Source: an uncultured virus (IMG/VR IMGVR_UViG_3300050821_001073)
Taxonomy: Duplodnaviria > Heunggongvirae > Uroviricota > Caudoviricetes
IMG/VR virus record: IMGVR_UViG_3300050821_001073
DNA length: 30,087 bases
Reading direction: 5' to 3' (one strand)
This document shows, in pieces, positions 24,597 through 30,087 of this stretch (within the stretch, counting starts at the first letter, position 1; the number at the start of each line of letters is the position of its first letter). The notes beneath the pieces were generated by a model. It did no database searches. It was not told where the DNA came from and worked only from the letters and a program-made list of their open reading frames with translations. Position numbers and translations under genes: made by a program.

Positions 24597-27305
24597 ATGG
24601 CAGATCCTAAAACATTTCTTCCCGAGCCCGGTGCAGATCAGATGCAGGGAACGGATACCACTCCTGCACATGGTGTCACTCTTCCTAATGAAAATGCTCC
24701 AGTTGCGCAGGGTCCAGGTAGCCCGAGCGGTCCTATGCCAAGCACGGAAGTCACAGGTGCACCTCAGCCAACGCTTCCCGCTAATATTGCACAGGGCCAG
24801 ACTCAGCCGATGCCAGTTCAAGGACAGCCACAGGCCGCTCCTCAGAAGCCATTATTAGAACAAGATCATCAGACGATGTTTCATACACTGTTCCAGGCAC
24901 TTGCAGGTGGACCAAAGACTAGCTATAAAATCAACGCCAATACTGGCGAAATGGAAAAGACAGAGACGCCACTTGGCAAAGGCGGAATCTCAGCAGGAAT
25001 CCTAGCTGGAGCAGTCACCGGGCTGTTCAAAGGTATGGGGCAAACAGGTCCGAATGCCGCAGGCAAAGCCGCACAGGCAGGATTTGAAGCTGGAACGGAA
25101 CGCGCACAGACTCAGCAGAAGGTACAAAAAGAACAAGCTACGCAGGATTACGCTCGAAAACTGGCGGTCACCGATACTAATATGAAGATGTACGCGAACG
25201 CTATTAAGTTCGGCCAAGAAGGGCTCAAAGAAAACGAAGAATACGTAAAGGATCACGCTGCGCAGGTTGCGGAAGCTATGGCGCATCCCGACCAGATTCT
25301 CGGTTCCGGCATACCGCATAGCGACTTTGCTAAGTACAATGTCACGGATAACAATGCTATCCCTATGAGTGTAATTGAACGTACCGATCCTGGGACGGGA
25401 CAACCTGTTCTGGGCAAGGGTGGCGAGAAGCAATATGACGTGCTTTATATGGTCATGAAGCCCAACGCTCCCGGTGTAATTGATCCTGAAACGGCTGCTT
25501 ATGCGACAAAATTAGGTTTGCCAGGATTCGTGAATAGCAAGGGCGAGGCACTCAATCTCCCACAGAATGCAGCAGTAAAGCTACACACTTCTTTGGCGAT
25601 ACAATCGCAGCTACAGGCAGCGAAACAGACTACTAGGAATGTAAGCGATTATTTCAAGAAATTGAACACGAACGCAGTAAACCCTGAAGCACAGAAGTCG
25701 ATTTTTGATATATACAATGGCAGCATTCCAGATCTAGCGAATGCCATAGCGAAGCGCGAAGGCTTCGGCGGTAAAGATACGAACAATCGGCCTAATAGGA
25801 ACCACAATCCCGGAGACTTGAAGACCACGAATTCAGCACAGCCCCATGATGCTGACGGCTTCCGGATCTTTCCCTCGAATGAAGAAGGCCAAGCTGCGCT
25901 TGAAAATGACATTCTAGCTAAGCAAAACCGGAATCCTAATGCGACGCCTGCGCAATTTGTTGACATGTATCTAGGCAACGACGCGAAGGAAACGCCTGCT
26001 AAGCACCAAGAATACACGAATCATCTGTACAAAGAAGCAGGCATGGAAACCCCCGGTGCTCCTGCACCTGGACAAGAGAAGTTTAAGCCAGTTGACGTTG
26101 AAGCAGCGATTCGTGCAAGACCTTCGCTAATCAACGACATCCAAAAATGGCAGGCATACGGCAATAACGGACAGTCTTTGCCCAAGGCTTTCGAGGAATT
26201 CGCTAAGAAGGACCCGGATGCAGCAGGCAGAGTCGCACCACTTTACGGTGGGTATGAAGCACTGAAGGCAGCGGACGATCAAGAGAAGTATGCCACGGCA
26301 GGTGCTTTGGATAGGCAGCGTAAGGGTGACACAGCGGCAGTTAACAATCAGAAGAAGATTGACAATGCTAACGAAAAGAACATAGAGATGAATCAAACGG
26401 CGATGACACTTGCAGGACCTAATGCCATGCTTGGTGACTATGAAAAGCTGTTTGCAGCTCGTTCTGGTGACCGTCCGAAGTTGCTCCAAGCACTGCGTGA
26501 TATCGACCCTGAATTTTCTGAAGAAGCCTATCGAAGAAAGGGCAACGTATCTAAGGAATTCGCCAGCACAGAGAAGGCAAATAGTGCGGGCTCCCAGATA
26601 CGTTCCTTGAATACGTTTGCTTCGCACGTACAGGATGCGTTGGAAGCCGAACAGGCATTCAAGAACTCTCCTAGCAACATCAGTGAATTGTTCAATAAAA
26701 AGGGCATAAACTGGTGGAAGAAGAACATGTCCAATGATCCTAATTTCGCCAAGCTACAGGCCGCACTTCAGCCAGTTTCAGATGAATATAGCAACCTGCT
26801 AAAATCAGGACATGCAATGACTCAGGCTGAGCAAGAACAATTGCATGAAATGCTTAACGATGCAACGACACCAGCACGTGCCATTGCAATTATGCACGCT
26901 ATGGTTCCTACAGTTGCAGGTAGAGCTGGAGCCATTGACCAACAGTGGATGACAGCATTTAAGGGTGCTCACTATCCAAATCTAATCGCACCTGAGAATG
27001 TACAAGCATTCGCCAGTGTAACCGATCCTAGACTACGTAGAATGATTTCCCCTATGCAATCTGGTGGAACCTTTGAAGGCCGCGCAGATGGTACAGCAGG
27101 TCCAGGCGGTTTGGGCAAGTCAGTCGGTGAGTCTCTTGGATGGACGCCTTCGCAGGCACCACAACAGCAGGCTCAGGCAAAACAAGCGGCACCAAAAGTA
27201 GCAGAAGCACCCGCTGGAGCATCACAAGAAGTAATAGTCAATGGTAAGCTGGCAGGGCACATTGTTAACAATACCTATCAGCCTCTGGGTCAGGGAGGGC
27301 AGTAA
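24597..27305 (+). CDS. Ejection protein with lysozyme-like (RNxNPG) domain
   Basis: Pro/Gln-rich N-terminus, GILAGAVTGLF hydrophobic segment, AIAKREG...RNHNPGDL...GFRIF.S.EEG.AAL...Y motif at ~25734-26040. Confidence 0.65.
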   Translation: MADPKTFLPEPGADQMQGTDTTPAHGVTLPNENAPVAQGPGSPSGPMPSTEVTGAPQPTLPANIAQGQTQPMPVQGQPQAAPQKPLLEQDHQTMFHTLFQALAGGPKTSYKINANTGEMEKTETPLGKGGISAGILAGAVTGLFKGMGQTGPNAAGKAAQAGFEAGTERAQTQQKVQKEQATQDYARKLAVTDTNMKMYANAIKFGQEGLKENEEYVKDHAAQVAEAMAHPDQILGSGIPHSDFAKYNVTDNNAIPMSVIERTDPGTGQPVLGKGGEKQYDVLYMVMKPNAPGVIDPETAAYATKLGLPGFVNSKGEALNLPQNAAVKLHTSLAIQSQLQAAKQTTRNVSDYFKKLNTNAVNPEAQKSIFDIYNGSIPDLANAIAKREGFGGKDTNNRPNRNHNPGDLKTTNSAQPHDADGFRIFPSNEEGQAALENDILAKQNRNPNATPAQFVDMYLGNDAKETPAKHQEYTNHLYKEAGMETPGAPAPGQEKFKPVDVEAAIRARPSLINDIQKWQAYGNNGQSLPKAFEEFAKKDPDAAGRVAPLYGGYEALKAADDQEKYATAGALDRQRKGDTAAVNNQKKIDNANEKNIEMNQTAMTLAGPNAMLGDYEKLFAARSGDRPKLLQALRDIDPEFSEEAYRRKGNVSKEFASTEKANSAGSQIRSLNTFASHVQDALEAEQAFKNSPSNISELFNKKGINWWKKNMSNDPNFAKLQAALQPVSDEYSNLLKSGHAMTQAEQEQLHEMLNDATTPARAIAIMHAMVPTVAGRAGAIDQQWMTAFKGAHYPNLIAPENVQAFASVTDPRLRRMISPMQSGGTFEGRADGTAGPGGLGKSVGESLGWTPSQAPQQQAQAKQAAPKVAEAPAGASQEVIVNGKLAGHIVNNTYQPLGQGGQ

Positions 27306-29923
27306 TGGCAGATCCGCAGATACCTGGATTACCCGAGGGTGCTTCACTAGCGCCTATGGGCACAGCCGCGCAATCCGCGCAACCGCAGGCAGCGCCCATT
27401 CCTGGGTTACCTGAAGGAGCTACATTAGCTCCTATGGGAACTGCCGCAGGCGCACAACCTAATGATGCGCAGGCAAGGTCACGGGCTTACTTAGAAGCGC
27501 AAAGACAAACCGCTGTAGATTCCCATGATATGGGAGCAGCGCCGCCATCACTGATGACACAGGCGAGACAGAAACTTGGGGACTTTGAAGAGGGCGCAAG
27601 AGGCGTTGCCCAAGGTGCAGTTCAGAGCATTTCACAAGCTGGCTTAACTGCGGCTCAATTGGCAAGCAAAGTTCCTGGTGTTCATGGAATTATGCAGCAT
27701 ATTCCTGGACTCAGTGACGAAAGTCTCAAGGCTGTCGATGAATCCAAGGCACTTTCACCTACTAATAACTTCCAAAGGGTAGGATATGGTGGTGCAGAGT
27801 TGGCCACATGGCTAATGGGTGAAGGGGGAGTTAAATCGGCAGGGGGAGCAGTATCCGAAGGACTTGCTAACAGCTCTAAAGTAATGAAGGTAGTTGAGAA
27901 GATGCCCAAAGTGCAACAAGCATTGCAATATGGCGCGAATCTCATGGAAGATGCGGCGAAGTTAGGTCCAGCAGAGAAAGCATTCGTTCAAGCACACCCG
28001 TGGCTTGCTAGGTTCGTTCCTGTAGGTGCTGAAGCAGCCGCAGCCGGGACTACATCAGCAGTGAAAAAAGGTGCTGAGACAATGGCAGAGCACCAAGCAA
28101 CTCCTGGGGAAGAAGGCACCGTAGCCGAATTAGGCAAAAGTGCAGCAGCCGGAACCAAAGCTGGAGCAGTCGAAGGTGTAAAAACCGGACTATTGACAGC
28201 AGGTATCGGTGGAACGATTGCAGGCGCTGGCGGAATGCTGAGCAAGATTACAGGTGGTGTAGAGAACGTCGGGAAAGCTGCAAGGACTGCCGCTGAAACC
28301 GTTCAGGGTGCTACTAAAGCTGCTGAAACGGCACCAGAGAGTCAATCCATCGCAGATATGCTTAAATCGCATCTTGAAGGTGCGAATAAGCAGTTACATA
28401 CTGACTTCGAGAGTAAGATACAAAAAGTGGCAGCAGACGTACCGGATACGGTTCCTTTGCATGAAACTCCGTTAGTTCAGACCGCCAAAGATCTTTTGGA
28501 AGCTGAAAAGCCGGTTAACAAAGGCGCATTGGAGCAATCTGGTGGAGCACTCGAACCCTTGTCCGAGAAGGCTAAGAACCTACTGAAGCCTCTATCTAGG
28601 ATCGCAGATGCAGCAGAGAAAGATCCTGAAGCGGCAACAGAACAAGTCGGTGTCAGTGAATTGATTGGCTATAGACAGAAAGTCAGAGCCGCTTCGGCGA
28701 AATTAGACTGGAATGCTCCCGAGAAGCCTATCTATCAGAAAGTCATGGACAGTATCGACGATACGATTCAGGATATGGCTGATAAATCGGGAAATCCTCA
28801 GGCAGCGGAAGATTATAAGGCGGCACGGGCTGCTTATAAAGACCAAGTCAAAAACTTCCAGAATACAGATGTAAAAGCGTTCATGGCCGGTGAAAAGGGC
28901 GGGCCTTCACAGATCTCGGACATCGTAGGAAGACTTAACCGTGGTGAGACAGCGGCTAGTGATCTTCGGGCATTGCGCGCAACAGTCGGCGATGACGCCA
29001 TGAATAAGGTATCAGATAAGATACTCCAGCGTACAATGGCAGACGCACAGACCAATGGGACGTTCGATCCTGCTAAGTTTCTGAAGACCGTTGAAAAATG
29101 GCCGACAGCGAGCAAAGCAGAGCTGTTCAAAGATGCTCCTGTGAATCTGAAGCAAATTGGACTTAGACTTGAAGCTGCTCCCAAAGACATGAAGAGTCCT
29201 TTAGCGACTTTAAATTTGACAAATACGGCTGGAGAAAACGTAGGTTCATTCCAAACTACTACACCTGAGTTTGATCCGAAGGGCGTACAGATAAAAGGTG
29301 CAGTTCTAACTGATGAACTAAAGGGCAAAGGAATCGGCAAATCGGTATATGAGCAGCTTATACAGCAGGCCAAGGCTGAAGGTAAAACTGCCCTTTATAG
29401 TGATTCTTCCGTAGAACCTGAAGCACAACATGTCTGGGAGTCTTTGGCCAAGCGGTATAATGTGACCAAAGTGAACACTCCAGATGGCATGGTGAGTAAG
29501 CTAGACTTAGCTACTCCTCGCAACACTCCTTTAGAGCGTATTATGTCTGACACTAAAAATGCCAGAACAATGCAAATATTGACCAAAGCCGGACTGATTA
29601 CTACTGGTGGTGCGGTCGGTTTGGGCAGTGGAGCAGCTCTCGGTCTACTAGCTCCCATGATAGAAGTTGCCGCAGCCGGTGCAGGTGCAGGCGGCGGTAT
29701 CGTGGGTGCAGCTAAACTCATGGATTACGTGGCCAATAACCCCAAGACTTGGAATATGCTCAAGAATGTGGGCCAAGCGGTCGAAACGACAGGACGAGTC
29801 GCCGGTAAGGCAGTGAATGCTGTCTCTAAGGTTGCTCCTAAGGTTGTGGGAGCCGAAAGCGGAACCCGAACCAAACAGAACATGATGAGCGATTTGGCCA
29901 GTAGCATGGGCGGAACCGAATAA
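27305..29923 (+). CDS. Large ejection protein with internal GNAT-like domain
   Basis: Overlaps the upstream stop (TAATG); Ala/Gly-rich with hydrophobic segments; ELKGKGIGKSVYEQL...LYSDSSVEPEAQHVWESL. Confidence 0.65.
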   Translation: MADPQIPGLPEGASLAPMGTAAQSAQPQAAPIPGLPEGATLAPMGTAAGAQPNDAQARSRAYLEAQRQTAVDSHDMGAAPPSLMTQARQKLGDFEEGARGVAQGAVQSISQAGLTAAQLASKVPGVHGIMQHIPGLSDESLKAVDESKALSPTNNFQRVGYGGAELATWLMGEGGVKSAGGAVSEGLANSSKVMKVVEKMPKVQQALQYGANLMEDAAKLGPAEKAFVQAHPWLARFVPVGAEAAAAGTTSAVKKGAETMAEHQATPGEEGTVAELGKSAAAGTKAGAVEGVKTGLLTAGIGGTIAGAGGMLSKITGGVENVGKAARTAAETVQGATKAAETAPESQSIADMLKSHLEGANKQLHTDFESKIQKVAADVPDTVPLHETPLVQTAKDLLEAEKPVNKGALEQSGGALEPLSEKAKNLLKPLSRIADAAEKDPEAATEQVGVSELIGYRQKVRAASAKLDWNAPEKPIYQKVMDSIDDTIQDMADKSGNPQAAEDYKAARAAYKDQVKNFQNTDVKAFMAGEKGGPSQISDIVGRLNRGETAASDLRALRATVGDDAMNKVSDKILQRTMADAQTNGTFDPAKFLKTVEKWPTASKAELFKDAPVNLKQIGLRLEAAPKDMKSPLATLNLTNTAGENVGSFQTTTPEFDPKGVQIKGAVLTDELKGKGIGKSVYEQLIQQAKAEGKTALYSDSSVEPEAQHVWESLAKRYNVTKVNTPDGMVSKLDLATPRNTPLERIMSDTKNARTMQILTKAGLITTGGAVGLGSGAALGLLAPMIEVAAAGAGAGGGIVGAAKLMDYVANNPKTWNMLKNVGQAVETTGRVAGKAVNAVSKVAPKVVGAESGTRTKQNMMSDLASSMGGTE
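27320..27448 (+). repeat. Intragenic direct repeat encoding IPGLPEGA(S/T)LAPMGTAA twice
   Basis: Two ~51-nt copies at ~27320 and ~27398, differing mainly at third codon positions. Confidence 0.85.
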
Positions 29924-29925
29924 CG

Positions 29926-29954
29926 TTGACAAACGAGACAGGCAGAGGTAATAT
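29926..29954 (+). promoter_or_regulatory. Sigma70-type promoter (TTGACA-17 nt-TAATAT)
   Basis: Perfect -35 at 29926-29931, 17-nt spacer, -10 TAATAT at 29949-29954, just after the last structural gene. Confidence 0.7.
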
Positions 29955-30087
29955 AGAAATATGATCTTTGCCTGGACTCACATACCGAACTTGTCAGTGT
30001 CCAGTCATCAGAAGTCCACGATTCGTAGCTCGTTTGCGACTTCACACAGCAACTACTGTTTTATCTCGTTATCGAGTAAGTTCTGGC

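Noticed and set aside
831..29932. Numerous minus-strand and alternate-frame ORFs in the track
   Set aside because: They are shadows of Thr/Gly/Ala-rich plus-strand genes, with no recognisable motifs.
29960..30050. Hammerhead ribozyme on the minus strand (CUGAUGA between two stems)
   Set aside because: Stem II is followed by GCAAA rather than GAAA, and no UH cleavage site or stem III is found.
1..30087. CRISPR array, tRNA, integrase or alternative genetic code
   Set aside because: No regularly spaced repeats, cloverleaf or recombinase motifs seen; genes read full length in the standard code, and the MCP interruptions are explained by introns.

Overview
All real genes are on the + strand. The window is the virion structural module of a tailed phage with podovirus-like organisation; no sheath, tape measure, portal or terminase is visible. 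Gene order: scaffold-like gene end, major capsid protein (MCP, N4-gp56-like), four candidate decoration proteins, several Cys-rich hypothetical genes, two paralogous adaptor-like genes, a nozzle-like gene, a block of tail fibre/spike genes, a GNAT-like gene and three ejection (internal virion) proteins. The MCP gene is split by two group I introns that the ORF track misses (exons 508-560, 770-1616, 2510-2641; 343 aa). Intron 1 is only 209 nt; intron 2 carries an HNH homing endonuclease whose stop codon lies in exon 3. Two structural genes carry DUF3494 ice-binding-like domains, one inside the nozzle-like gene, which also holds a PA14-like domain. Several genes occur as 'plain' and 'cargo-carrying' paralog pairs. 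Other features are a tandem HiPIP-like Cys protein, a structured 240-nt leader or ncRNA, and ejection proteins with lysozyme-like and GNAT domains. All family assignments come from motif recognition by eye, not database searches.
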